Positions 1 to 12,999 of a stretch of DNA of 64,000 nucleotides are shown here, one piece after another. Numbering within the stretch: the stretch's first letter is position 1; every line of letters starts with the position of its first letter. A model generated the notes under the pieces. That model was not told where the DNA came from and ran no database searches. It saw only the letters and a list, made by a program, of their open reading frames with translations. The translations under genes were made by a program, and so were the position numbers. Source of the stretch: Podarcis filfolensis (Eukaryota); NCBI GenBank assembly GCA_964270895.1, contig OZ185436.1. One strand, written 5' to 3'.

Positions 1-44
1 ATGCCAGGGAGCCCCAACTGGGCCACATCTCCCCAATATATTTG

Positions 45-230
45 GAGGAAGTGTTTTGCTTGCATAAGTCCCCAAGTTTGATCCCTACCATACACAATTC
101 AAAAGAATTCCAGATATCAAGAGGTGGGGAAACTGTCTGCCTCAGACATCAGTAAGCCAGTGCTGCTGGAGTGACAAATACAAATGAGGTTGACCAATGG
201 TCTGCTTCCGTAAGGCAGCTTCATTTGTTC
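45..230 (+). mobile_element. Degenerate Squam3-type tRNA-derived SINE
   Basis: The 3' part 'gaccaatggtctgcttccgtaaggcagcttcatttgttc' resembles the tail of the copies at 4951, 10743 and 55240. Boundaries are approximate. Confidence 0.45.
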
Positions 231-263
231 ACAAACTGTTAAGGATGTGTGCTGGTCACACTG

Positions 264-360
264 TAAGAACAAAAGAAGAGCCTTGCCAGGTCAGAACAAA
301 AGCTTATGTACTCTGGCATTCTATTCTCAAGGTGGCCAACCAGATGCCTATGGGAAACCC
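264..360 (-). mobile_element. CR1 LINE 3'-end fragment
   Basis: 'aagaacaaaagaagagcc...gtggccaaccagatgcctatgggaaaccc' is the reverse complement of the CR1 3' UTR seen on the plus strand at about 10100-10200. Confidence 0.5.
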
Positions 361-699
361 TAGTGTATTCCAAGAAAAGATGATTACTCTGTAAAGTGTG
401 GAGCTGCTTGTGATATGAAGTTTTTGAGGTCAAGGGAATGATGATTAAACTGACAAAAGAAACTATAAAACCACCAAGAACCATTAAATCAAGCAAAAAT
501 CTATAGGATCTCATATTTACCTGCTAAGTTTACCGATTCCCATTAAGTTTCCATTTTTCAACACTATTTACATACCAAAGTGGCAACACATTTGTTGTTA
601 AACCAAAAATTCCTGTACAGTTTATTCTGTAATTACTTTCATAAATTTTGTAAACTAGGGAACATAAGCTAAAATGCTTAGCCTGATCTACTAGAATGC

Positions 700-917
700 A
701 AGAAAAGAATGGCCTAAGCGGATCACAGCAACAATGATCCATCTAATCCAGCACTTTGTAACTGGTCAGATGCCATAGGAAAGTTCACAAGCAGATCATG
801 AAGATCACAACTACCCCGTATTTGTTAAGCAGATAGAATACCCATTTTTCATTAGTTACTACTGCCAATAGTCATTGATGTATCTAATCTCCATTAACTT
901 GTCTAGACCTTTAAAAG
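700..917 (-). mobile_element. CR1 LINE 3'-end fragment (degenerate)
   Basis: 'gatccatctaatccagca...cagatgccataggaaag...ctccattaacttgtctagacctttaaaa' matches the reverse complement of the CR1 3' region. Boundaries are approximate. Confidence 0.55.
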
Positions 918-3900
918 AGAGAGAGAGCAAGAGAACCATCTAAGCTAGGAGCCTTCATCACGTATTGAAACAATGAATGCTCTAAGCTGAAATGTGTGCT
1001 AAGAAACAGTTTCTCTGAACCTACCAGCAAACTTTTTCTTCCAAACTTCAGCTGGAATACCCCAGTGCTTGCTGAGCAGCAGTCATGGGAGCAGTCCTTA
1101 TGAGGCCTGTCAGGCCCCGCCCCAGGCCAGGTGCAGAGAGGTATCAAAAGCCAAGCCTCTAAAGGTCATTAGCACTTTACTAAAGCTCAGGAAACTACTG
1201 GGATCCAACAGGTGGTTCAAATTGGTGTGTGTTCCTGGTGGCTGATGTTGCATATTGACCTAAGATTTTCAATGTGCTTCTATACTCTAAATTTTGAGTA
1301 CAGTACTCGAAAATCACCCAGTTACAAATTAAGCCCACTATCAACCATAAATACTGAGAATCTTGATGGTATTGAATTAGCTTCTGCACTTTGTAGTCAA
1401 TTGTAGGCAAAAATGTTCCTGGGGCAGCTACAATTAGAGAGAACAAAGAATAACTCAAGCAGTAAGGAATTTGCTAGCATCACTGTATTGCTCTGATCCA
1501 AGTGAAAGAAACCTACATGCTACAACATAAAATATCCAACACAAATTTTGCTTAACCTGGTCCAGCATTTAAGAACAGCAAATAAAGTTCTGATCCCTCA
1601 AATTCATTCATGACAAATTGTCCAAAACCCTTCTTACATTTACAACATCAGAAGAGAAAGATCAATTCATGCATGGGACACTAATGTGAGAAAGTGGCTC
1701 ATGTGCAGCTAATGTGAATGAGATTAGCTCACATGAAGTTAATGTAAGAAATAGCAATGACAAAGCGGTTGGAAGGGCAAGATTGTAAAATACCTGAAGT
1801 TTGAGGTATACTACAAAACAGAACCCAAATTATTTATAAAAGAAAAAACAATAAATCTAGCCACAGTTACAACCTTTCAGTAACATCCTGTTTGTAATTT
1901 CTCTGGGTAGCAGTCTGATTAGAGAACTTTACTTATAAAATCAGTAACTTTATTCAGGGTGGCTGTAAACACACTGTTCAGATTACCAAAAATATTAAAT
2001 CTTACATGCATATGCACAATACAAACTTACATAGGCTTTCACAATATCAGACAGACATTATGGAATGGTTTATTTCTAAGATGGCCGATTCTCAGGAAAT
2101 AAAAATAAAAAAGTTACTTTTCTTTAAAAAAAATTAAATGAGCCAAGAAATGTTGTTGAATGGCAAGATAAAATACTTGCAAAACAATTGTAGAATTCTC
2201 CTCTTTGTGCTGACATTTAACAACCAGATTAAATGTGTATATATGGAACACTAAACCAACAGGATAGGGCAGATTATAAGTGTAATTATCATTAAAATTA
2301 TAAATAAAAACATGTAGGATATTTTAAATTTAATCTTGTACCAGGTCCTGGGAGCCACTCAATAACAGGTCTAGAGTTGCTGCCATAACCAACTATTCTA
2401 CAGCACTGTCATTTAAGGTATCTAGAAATTTTAGTTCTTTGTCTTTGAATTAGACAGGTGCATGCTCTTTTTTAAAATATGGTTTCCCATCATGATACAA
2501 TAACTCAATGTAATCAGTAGCTGCAAATTGGTCAACCCTTTTCTTATGGCTCTCAAATTAAGAGAGTACCTCCTTTCGAAGGAAACAACTCCAGTTTGGA
2601 TTCCAATTCCCATCAGCTCCAACCAGTGACCTGTGATAATGTGGTTTGTACTCAAAAATATTTGGAGGGTACCACACTGGGGAAGGCTGTCCTATTCCAA
2701 AAAAGATGAGCTAAGTTTTGAAGAGCTGAGGTATATATAAACACGGGTTGGAAACTGAGCTTAAGGTGAAACAAAGGTTAACTGCACATTACAGTGATGC
2801 AGTGAGCAACATGTTTAAGGGCTGCTTAACAAAAGGGGGGGAGTTCATTTGTCCACTGCCTAAGCAGAAGAGACACCCCCAAACTCTTTAAAATGTTATT
2901 TCTGACTTAGGAGCTGTGAATATTGAAACACTGGCCAGAAATAGAGCATCTAGAAGAACTGAAATATATATTAATTAATGTTTCATTTAGTTTTCTTTGC
3001 TCATCCCCACCCCACCACAACCTAAAAGACCACTGCAGGGGAATCATGGAAGAGGATATACTATAGCACTAGATATGGTAGAATAGTCAACATGACTGTC
3101 CAGCAATAGTGTTGCCATAATAAAAAGATGGACAGAGCTCCCAGTGGGCTTTGTTGCATATACTGTTTCTTTGGTAGGTGTTTGCAGGATAATCCAGTAC
3201 TTCAGCACTAAGTTCCAACACTTTAGGCAGTGTTCCTGTAAACTCCTACTGTCTGAAATACTGCATCATGTGGTGTATTGTATAGTGATAAAAGAGACAA
3301 AATGATGCAAGGGTGTATAGTAACGTGAACTCTTAAAAAAGCACTTTAAAAACATGTTGAACACTTTGTCTTTTCCTCACAAAGGAGGCCAAGGCACTGG
3401 CCATGAAAGAGGTTGGTGCTCTCATCCCCTCCTCAGGTAAGTTCTCCCTGTTCCTACTTCAGTTCCCGCTGTCACCACCGTACACAACCAAACCTACACT
3501 AATTCCTGGGCATAATGTGGCAGGTGAGAACCAAGGTGGAGTCACAAGGTGAGTGGCAGCAAATCCAAAGGACAACCACAGTAGGCTAAGGGGATGGGAG
3601 GCTCTTATCTCACAAGTTCTCTGCTTCATAACTTTGGCAGTTCCCTACCTGTCATCTCCATCTTTTTGCTCACTCTGGTGCAGTTGCCACTACTGGCCCT
3701 GTGCTCACACAACACTGTCACAGCTACAGGTAGAGCACTCATCATGGGTCTGTTCTGAATGTACCTGTATGTCTGAACATCCCAGAACATATTCCAAACA
3801 AGTCTCTCCAGAATCACTTCATCCTTTGCTTATTTAAATAACAAGCCTCACTATATGCAAAACTAAACTTCAGATGGAATGTTCAATATACAGCTTTACA

Positions 3901-4950
3901 AGTAATCAGCTTATACTATGATTGTGCAATAAACTAATGCTTATTTAATATTTTTATTTTACTTAATACCTATTTAATTAAAAAAACCCAGACAACTTTG
4001 TAGCAGGAATTGAAATTTATTTAAAGCTTTGAATGTCAATAGTCATCCAACACTTGGCTTAAAGGAGGGTGGGGAGGTAAGCTTACATTTCAGAAATAAA
4101 AATTCTTGAGTTTCCAAGTTTGAACTTGGTTTGCTGTAAAATGAAGTGACACTGATAATTCCATTGTAAGAAAATGAGAGAGATTGTGTCTTTATCTACA
4201 AGTTATCAAGTTAATTAGAACAGATCTACAAATGCTCCCAGGAGGGCAGACCCCAAAGACAGAAGTGTGTGATCACAGAATTAAATACAGCAGCTGAAAT
4301 TTGCCCTGTCCAGCTGAATGCTAACTAAATACTGTACCAGGTTAGGTGAGATAGAAACTTTAATAGTTCCTCAAATGACTCTGTGGAAAGACGGAACCGC
4401 CAAATGGCTTCAAATACTGCTGTATAAGCAATCAAGCACTGATGTTGCACAGCAGTGCAGCCGGCAGCCATAAGAAACTGTACAAATAAATGCCCGCAAA
4501 ATGGCATTGGCATGTAAGTAGGCCTTTATTGCTTTGTCACTCATGATGTCACTAGCAACAGCCATTGCAATAGCAACATTTGGCCATTGCAATTGCAGTT
4601 CTGTGGTGTGATTGATGAAGGATGATATATCACATTGAGAGTACGTTCCGAGAAAAGGAAACAACTTCTGAAACAGAAGTCTTTCCACGAAGAAAGTATT
4701 GCAGCTACTGAGCAACAAATAGATAAGAACTGCACAATCATGGCTCTAATAACTTCATGTGAAGGAAGGCCCTCAAGAGTCCTGTTTCTGCCTATAACCA
4801 GCACTGGGGAAGAAAGACTTAGCTTGAGATAAAGGGAGCTTTGTGAGCTCTCTGTAAATTGTATTTCTCATTGAGATGACTTTGTCTAATTCACTCAGTT
4901 TCAACTTAGAACTCCCTTGCCCCTTTTCTGGAACTTTTCAGCAGACCTTT

Positions 4951-5145
4951 GGGAAGTGAAATGGCTAACTGGTAAAGTATCTGCCTTGCATGCAAAAGGT
5001 CTCAGGCTTTATCCTCAGCATCTCCAGGTACAGCTATGAATGCCCTATGCCTGAAACCATGGAAAGCTTCTGCCAGTCAGTCTAGGCAATACTGAGCTAG
5101 GTAGATCAGTTGTTTGACTCAGTACAAGTTGGCCTCCTATGTTTC
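4951..5145 (+). mobile_element. Squam3-type tRNA-derived SINE
   Basis: Degenerate tRNA-like head (tggctaactggtaaagtatctgccttgcatgcaaaaggtctcagg), body 'cctgaaaccatggaaagcttctgccagtcagt' and tail 'gactcagtacaagttggcctcctatgttt'. Related copies occur at 10743 (-) and 55240 (+). Confidence 0.65.
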
Positions 5146-6515
5146 TTTGTGAGTTGTTTTACAAGAAAGGAGCAGTCTGGAGCTTGCAACCACCACATGG
5201 ACATCAAGCCAAATAAGGAAACCAGCACCAGAAACACAATCAGTGCATTTATTTCAGTTAGTTTTCATACGATCCAAAAAGGTAAATCAGACCAGCATGA
5301 AAACATAAAAGAAATCAATTTTGAAAAAGAGACACTAAGAAAAAAGGATCTATTAACTATGTCATTTCTAATGACCTCAAAATGAAGTTTGTTACACAGT
5401 CAATTCTCTTCTTTGTGACAGTGGCATCCTCTGGCACAGACTTTGAAATTCTTCAGACACCAGAAGGGAAAAGTAGGTTTCATCATAGAAGCAGTTTCTT
5501 TCTCCACAAGCTATTGTACCGTGGTTATTGCTCAATGACCTTGGCGGATTCTTGCTGCTATTTTGGGTCTATTCATTCTTTTGATGTGTCATTTTTCAAA
5601 AACGAGGCTTACATTTGTTGGTTTCACTGAAGTGAAGGAGAGCACCTCCAATGTCCTCTCATGCAGAGGTCTCTAAGTAAGACACATTTAACTGAACTCC
5701 GGCAAAGTAGATTGGAGCCAAATGACAATTCAATAGCAACATTCATTAAGAAGTTGTCCAAAATACTGAGGGGTATGCTACTGTCAGGTAGAAAATGCAT
5801 TATAAAAGCCAATTGCCATTTCATAAATGCTACCTTAAGAGTTAAAAGTGATGCCTCACCTAGAAGACACAGGATTCATTGAAAGGGCTGAATGAGCACT
5901 TTGCCTCAAACCAGCCTTCTGAAACCTCAAGGGTGGGGGATCTTAGGCCCTTTTCCTTTAAATTTGGAAACTGCACTCCATAGCACAAACGGCTTATACA
6001 ATTCTTCTGGTTCAAAAGAGGTTTGCCATAAATGAGAAAGGGGAACTGCTATTTGAGAAAAACAATTCCAAAGCTTCCTTGGTATGCAAAGCTAATCGCA
6101 CAGTTCTCTGGATACAAGCCACCCTCACTAAGTCCAGATAATAAAGCCTACCTTTTGTTTACTACAGTGTCAAGCAGTCCCATTGTCAATTTTTATTTTA
6201 TTATTATTTTGCCAACTAGCAAAATCCAAAATACATTTTTTTCACTTTTAGGTCCAGCAACTTGCAGGTCCCTCTTAAGCACTGACTGCAGTATATAATT
6301 GTTGTTTGAATAAAACTTTAAAGACATTCATAGCAAACAATGTAGGATTATTTGCTAAATTACGCACAATACATGTCACGATCTCAAGGTGGCAATCTAA
6401 GTTTAGGTATGAGAAGAACATATTGCATATATTTCACTTTTCACCTAGAAGGCAGGCTAAATGGCTTCAAAAATTCCAGAAATGTTACACCTCTACTTTC
6501 AGCTAGAATCAAAAG

Positions 6516-6651
6516 CAGGCATAGGCAAACTCAGCCCTCCAGATGTTTTGGGACTACAACTCCCATCATCCCTAGCTAACAGGACCAGTGGTCAGGGATG
6601 ATGGGAGTTGTAGTCCCTAAACATCTGGAGGGCTGAGTTTGCCTATGCCTG
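6516..6651. mobile_element. Palindromic non-autonomous hAT element (MITE), copy 1
   Basis: 136 bp with 58-bp inverted arms (57/58 complementary) beginning CAGGCATAGGCAAACT and a 20-nt spacer. Exact 8-bp target-site duplication ATCAAAAG at 6508-6515 and 6652-6659. Confidence 0.9.
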
Positions 6652-7028
6652 ATCAAAAGTATCAACTTCCCAATCAGACGACTTCTTCATTCTCCTAAAT
6701 CTTTTGAAAGTTAACCCCATCAAACACATGTTCTAGGTTCCCCTCCCTTCCCAGTCCACCCCACCCCACCTTCTACACTTAACATATTTACAGTTCTGTT
6801 ATTGCCAAAGTCATTTTCTTGTTTCTCTACTCATACTTTGCAGAAGCTTGTTCTGCTGAAAGTCCAGCACTCATCTTATACCATACCACACAAGCACCTC
6901 CTACATGCATTTTTACACAAGTGCCCCACTTTCTCTTTGCTTTCCAAGAGAACCACCTACTACTGAAACGGATGAAAATGAACAACAATGACAGAGGACA
7001 CAAAAGCCTTCTTCAGGTGTTCTCTATA

Positions 7029-7273
7029 CATGTTAAGTAAACATACAAGAGGGGGCCATGGGGACAAGCACATGTCCCCATCCCCACCAGTTCTTCTGGG
7101 TTGGAGGCAGTCTTCTGAAGCTGGAAATCTCCTGCCCTCACTGAGGCTCCCACACATTTTATAAACCTGATTTTCCAATTTGTGGAGGGAAATCAGAAGA
7201 ATGGCAGGTTTGGTGGTGGTGGAGCTAGTATGCCTGCTTCCATGCCCCCCCCCCAGCATGTTTACTTAACTTG
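7029..7273. mobile_element. Probable TA-flanked MITE
   Basis: 20-bp inverted repeat with 1 mismatch (7025-7044 vs 7258-7277, tatacatgttaagtaaacat), TA at both ends and a GC-richer interior. Confidence 0.45.
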
Positions 7274-8922
7274 TATAAAATATGCCTTAAGAGGGCTCGA
7301 GTTCCATACAGATCCTTCAAGTATCATCAATGAAGGGGGAGAAAATACCAATATACACTCCCCTATCTCCTGAGAATGTACAAAGCTGGTAACCAGTCTG
7401 GTTATGTTTTGAACTTTAAAAACTTGGCTTCTTATTAGGCATTACCACCTTAAGTAAGCCACTGGGAGGTTTACAGCCTCTTCAAGCCAAGGGGTCACTT
7501 GGCCCTACTCATCTCTCTAAAAACAAGCTCAAATAGTGATTAGTTAGCATTACTTTAGAATAACTTCCTTGAATAAGGCTTTATTTTACGCATAGTTTCA
7601 GTGAGCTGTTTATTAGTTGTCCAAAATACTGAATAAGTCACTCATTTGCCTTTGATCTTGCACACTAGTGGCTGTGGCTTTCTGAAAGCTCCGTCAAAGG
7701 ATGTTCAACAAGTCAGTGGTTGCCGTTTTACTGCAAATGGACACATGTGACTCCAACCTCAAGAGAAGTCCTCAAACCACAAAACCTTCACACAGAAAGT
7801 GTTCCAAGCATAATAGGCACTTCAGAAAAATCAGCAAATCTACAGAAAAAATAATGGGCCCATCATAGAAATAAATGAAGGGAGAGTTTAAATCATTCCT
7901 TTACTTCACTCCTCATACTCTATCTAAATAGGGGTGTTTTTTTCCTTTTGAAAATTTGTATTGATTTATCAAAAACATATGGGCAAACTAACACATAACC
8001 ATACAAGCAATAATGAAACCATACATGGAGCAGATTCAGTATAAAAACAGAGGTGCAGTTACATATAACCAAATCTTTAAGCTGAGTCTATATCAACCAA
8101 CCACATCAAGGAGTGAGTCATGGGAGGGGTACTTATACAGTGCTCCCAATTTAGATAATATAAAAATGGAGACTAGGCTGCATCAAAACTGTTCAATTTG
8201 GTTTTGCCACAGACTACACTCTATCAACATTCAGATAAAGCAATGTTCCCTACATTAGAAAACCAAGGGGTTTGCATAAAAATCTAGAATTTCTTCATAT
8301 TACAAAATTATTACATGGCAGCTGTGTTGCAACACATGCAACAGCCTCTCTAATTAATGCAGAAAGTAATGTGCTGTAGCTTGCTGCACACAGCACTTAA
8401 TGTCACCCAACTAGCTTTTGAGTCAGCATTTTGCAACTTGAAAAACACAGACTAAGAAGACATAAGGCACGCTGAAGCTCTGAACTTCTTTGTGACACAG
8501 CCTTTTTGTCACCAAAATTTCTTTTTCTTGCATATAAGAGGTGGACTAAGAAAACACAAGCAGAATGTTTCTGCATCCTCCTATTTATAGATTTTGCTTG
8601 CTGCTTCAAGAAAGCTTCCACTATTATTTAACATATTATACTGGGGCCTTCCCATAGTTTGCCATTACTTTACCATTCTAGTTGTAAGTGGCACCATTTT
8701 ATTTTAATACTGGAAGAGAAAAGTGAGGTGTTATAGAAATCTTATCCTCAATGATCAAAGTACATAAAAACACTGTACAGTAGTTGTCTTAGCAGTTTAA
8801 TATGATGCAACCAGCTGGGCTTGATACATTTAATGTACCTCCTACAATAACCTAATCTGCTCTCATTAATACTGTCACCACTTTATCTTCATAGATTTTA
8901 AGAATGGAACAGGAAAACCAAT

Positions 8923-8925
<3 letters not shown>

Positions 8926-8964
<39 letters not shown>
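8926..8964. repeat. (AT)19 microsatellite
   Basis: Perfect AT dinucleotide run read directly from the sequence. Confidence 0.95.
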
Positions 8965-8967
<3 letters not shown>

Positions 8968-9630
8968 TTTCTAAAAGCGAGATAATTTTTTATTCTTCCT
9001 CAACATCATTAACCTAAGTATTTCGCCATTTTAAGAGCACTTCATGACTTTGCTTTGGTTTCTTTTAACTAACCTCACACAACAGTGTGAAAGCTTAGCA
9101 GAGCTGAATACTTAATCCCAAATTCACAGGTATATTAATCAACTGACTGTTAGTAACTTGGAAAGATTGTGGGGTTATTATTATTCATTATTAATGTTAA
9201 TAACAGTTTGATTTATTACTCATACATCACCCTAAGGTCTCAGGGCAGGGTACAACAATATAAAATACAGTACAATATTTAAAAGAGTTTAATCAAAAAA
9301 ATAGGGTTATGGTAGATAAAAAATAGATTATTATGGATAGCTCGACAAAAACATTAACTCAGTGTGTAGTGTTAAAAAAGAGGAAAATTCCAGGCAAAGC
9401 ATTGACAAGAAGACTATCAGTATCATAATGTCATTCTATAAAATCTCTGGTGTGGCTGGATTTGAAATCCATAGTACCCCATAGTACAGAAATGGATTCA
9501 ATGCAAAATGGGCAACCAAAGTGATGAAGTGGGTTAGGGCACTTTCCCTACAAGGAATGACTAACACACTTGGGACTTTTCAGTTTAGTAACATCTAAAG
9601 GTTTTTGGGGGGTTTTTGAAACAGGCTTAT

Positions 9631-9761
9631 AAACATTAGACCTTTAATCTCAGGGTCATGGAATCAAGCCCCATGTTTGGTAAAAGATTCCTTCATTGCA
9701 GTGTGTTGCACTAGATGACACTTGTGGTTCCTTCCCTACTCTACAATTCAATGAGTGTATG
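9631..9761 (+). mobile_element. Degenerate Squam1-type SINE (tRNA head, CR1-like tail)
   Basis: 'cattagacctttaatctcagggtcatggaatcaagccccatg' is a tRNA-like head, followed by 'aaagattccttcattgcag...actagatgac...ttccctactctacaattc', which resembles a CR1 tail. Confidence 0.6.
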
Positions 9762-9762
9762 G

Positions 9763-10200
9763 CATGAAGAAGGTGTATAGAGAAAACGTGTCCTCCCACT
9801 TTCATAATGCTAGAAATTGGGAGTCACCCAATGAAACTGGCAGTAGATTCAGGACAGACAAGATAAAGCACATCTTTACACAATGCATAATTGATGGATT
9901 CACTACCACAAGATGTGGTTACCAACACTAGCTTTAGATTACTTTAAATGAGGATTTTGTAAAATCATTCAGGATAGATCTATCAGTAGCTATCAGCCAG
10001 GGTGGCTAAGTGGAAGATTCATTTTCGTAAACAATATTCCACTGAATACCCATTAAGAGGGATGGACACATGGGAGGCCTATTGCATCCACGCCTTGTTT
10101 GATGACTTGCTGGAGGCATCTGGTTGATCACTCTGGAAAACAGGATGCTAAACTAAATGAAGGCTTGATCTGATCCAGCAGGGCTCTTCTTATGTTTTTA
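9763..10200 (+). mobile_element. CR1 LINE 3' fragment
   Basis: Contains recognisable CR1 RT C-terminus and 3' UTR sequence (agattcaggacagacaag, ggcatctggttg, caggatgcta...tgatccagcagggctcttcttatgtt). Confidence 0.8.
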
Positions 10201-10742
10201 TTATACCACTATCCTCCTTCAGTTAATCAACTTCTTCCTGCCCTACTTCCAGGCAACTGATGACCATTTGAGACTACGCAGTATATTTTATTATAGGGAA
10301 GAAAGTATAGTCTGATTCATTATTATTGCCATCTCAAATAACTGTAGTGAGGAGGAGGAGAAGCATGTCTCTCTGTGTCAAGTTCAGTCCATGAAAGTCA
10401 AATCTCTCATAAAGGAAATGCAATTAAGTCGCTAGAGAAAGACTTCTGCAGACACTCTTGTGGATATAAATATCATACTGAAAATGACAGCTGCTCAAGG
10501 CAGGCAAATAATGGAGGATTCAGGAAGGTGGTCAACAAAAACAAAGTTCCCTAACATTTGACAATAGTTTAGAGGACAATTGTTTGGGTAGTATAACTCA
10601 CTGTCTCTGCTAAAATACAAAAGTGCAGTACTTAAAAAACAAAACAAAAAAAAACATTCCAGGAAGAAAAACCAAGCAAATATGCTTCTTTAGGAGGCTA
10701 TTGATACACATTTACCCCCAAACAAAAATCCCCTCTATATAC

Positions 10743-10918
10743 AGGAAGGTGCCCTATACCAAAACATACTATTGATCCATCTAACTCAGTGCTGTCTACA
10801 CCAACTGGCAGCACCTCTCCAGGGTTTAAGAGACAGGGAGTACTCCCTACCTGCTATGAATTGAATCTGGACCTTCTACACACAAAACATTCTCAACCTC
10901 AAAGCTATGGTCCTTCCC
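10743..10918 (-). mobile_element. Squam3-type SINE
   Basis: The reverse complement resembles the copy at 4951 (gatccatctaactcagtgctgtctacacc...ctctccagggttt...gaatctggaccttct...gctatggtccttccc). Confidence 0.6.
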
Positions 10919-11335
10919 TATACAGACAAAAAAAGTCTGCAGTCTTCTGGGGTTATTGTGCTTACAATGTCTCAAAAAAAATAAGAGGGAAGCAGTCTCA
11001 TTGCTCTTCAAAATTCACCTACAATAACCAGAAAAACATACCCTTTTGCAGCTATCACTTAATAGTGACTTACCCCAAGGTGAACCAACACCACAGCTTC
11101 CTACACACATGTTTTGTTTTCTTCAGCTTTTAATTATTCAATTGGGTATACATTTTAAAAGCTGAACGTAGGCTACTGTCTCTTCTTGCTAGGCAAACAC
11201 ATTTGAGAGAACAGGAGTGTATGTATGAGAGCTCACGAGAACTTTGGGTAACAATCCTGATTTCTAATCTTAGCCAAGAGATTTGAACAGGTCACAGAAT
11301 CACACACTCTTTTCCAAGATCTACATTTCATACAG

Positions 11336-11442
11336 CAGGGATGAGAATTCGGCAGCCTCCAAGTGGTTGTTGGATTACAACTCCCATCATCCCAACCATG
11401 GGTGGGGCTGACATCTGGAGCGTTAGCAGTTCCCCATCCCTG
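11336..11442. mobile_element. Short non-autonomous hAT element
   Basis: Termini CAGGGATGAGAA and TTCCCCATCCCTG, exact 8-bp TSD TCATACAG (11328-11335, 11443-11450). Shares the internal motifs 'actacaactcccatcatccc'-like and 'acatctggag' with the 136-bp family. Confidence 0.8.
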
Positions 11443-12999
11443 TCATACAGTAATTTCTCCAACCCTTTCTCATAACCCATTATCATGGTTAGGTATTAAA
11501 TTGCATCAACCTAACCAGTGTTTCTACCACAATCAACATTTTGAAGCAGTTCTGCAAACCATAGGCACAATGGGAACCTTGGTTAACATGAAACAGTGTT
11601 AAGGTCAGTGCCGATGTAGTTATTAACCATAATGATAGAGGCAGGAAAAGAGAATTCTCACGAGAGAGAAGGCAGCTCACAAGTCTGTGGCCCATTCCCA
11701 GGAACTACTGGCCAACTTAATTCATCCACCAACCATTTATTCCATGTTATTATATGGTTTTATGCTAATTTTTCTCCTGGTGCAACTTTTATATTAATTG
11801 ATTTGGTTGACTGTATTCATATTTTATTTATCTGAAATCTGTGAACTGCCTAAGGGACATGATTAATTGGGTAGTATATGTGACAAAAATACATTAAAGA
11901 TTTTTTTAAAAAAGTTCTTCTTTAGTTGCTAGTTCGTTAGTAACCATTTCCCTCTCAATGTTTACAGGCTTTCAGCTCCTGCAAGTCAGTGGTGCTTGGA
12001 TCCAGAGGCAATGGTGGGAAGAACAATGGATGTGACCTGAGTATGGTGGGCTGCATTCCAGCCACACAAAAGTCAGAGGCTTCTACATTCCAGTTAGCCA
12101 GGAAGAGGCATGATCACAGTTCAATGACATATTCCTGCTAACCAGAATCACCCAAAGAGGGGCTGTGGCTTGGGAGAGTCCCACAGTCCACTATTAGGGC
12201 CTGGGATTCTCTATCCCTGACCTTAAGGCAATAGCCACTGAGGAAAAGAATGATTATCGTGTCTCCAGCCTGCCTACAATCAACTCTAGCTTTCTTTGCT
12301 TGTTTCAAGGAGTACTTCAAATTTTTCAGTGGTCAAAGTCTGACATTATGCATGATTACTTCTTATGTGATGAATGTAACATGCAGCCAAGCACTCAGTC
12401 AGATATTAATTGAGCTATCTGTGCTACCATTATCCGGTGTGCCAATCCAATTTCATGGGATTCAGAATGTTTTCTAGAGTTATAGTGTGAGCCTATTTTT
12501 AAAACTTCACAAGCAACAAAGGCTTCTGCCAATTATCTCACATTTGAAAGGAAATACCACCTTGAAAAATAACTTGTAGTATACAGAAATATTTATATCC
12601 CCATTTACCCAGTAATGAGTTGATGAATAGCTTTACAGAGTCACATCTTACATCTTTTTGGGATGCTTATTGAAAAAAACAACCTATGAAGAGTTACAGT
12701 AAATAGCCTCTTAAAAGCGTGCAATGACAAAATAGCACAACTGAACTATAATAAATATTTCACATTAAATAGCTAAAATGCATACATGGAAAGTTAAGAA
12801 CCTTGACAGCAATTCTATTTTAGATTATGTCTGTTTGGAAGCCAATTAACCTAGATTACTTATTTATGAAAGGAAACCATGTCCCTTTTCTGCAGTTCTT
12901 ATCAGGATGAAGCACCTAAAAGTACACAGAATATTTCCCAGACCAAGCAGTTCTGATCGCTATGACAAGGTGACTACAGACTCAGTTAAGTAATACACT

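Noticed and set aside
4951-10918. tRNA-like sequences at about 4960, 9635 and 10880
   Set aside because: They are degenerate SINE heads with body and tail sequence attached, not intact tRNA genes.
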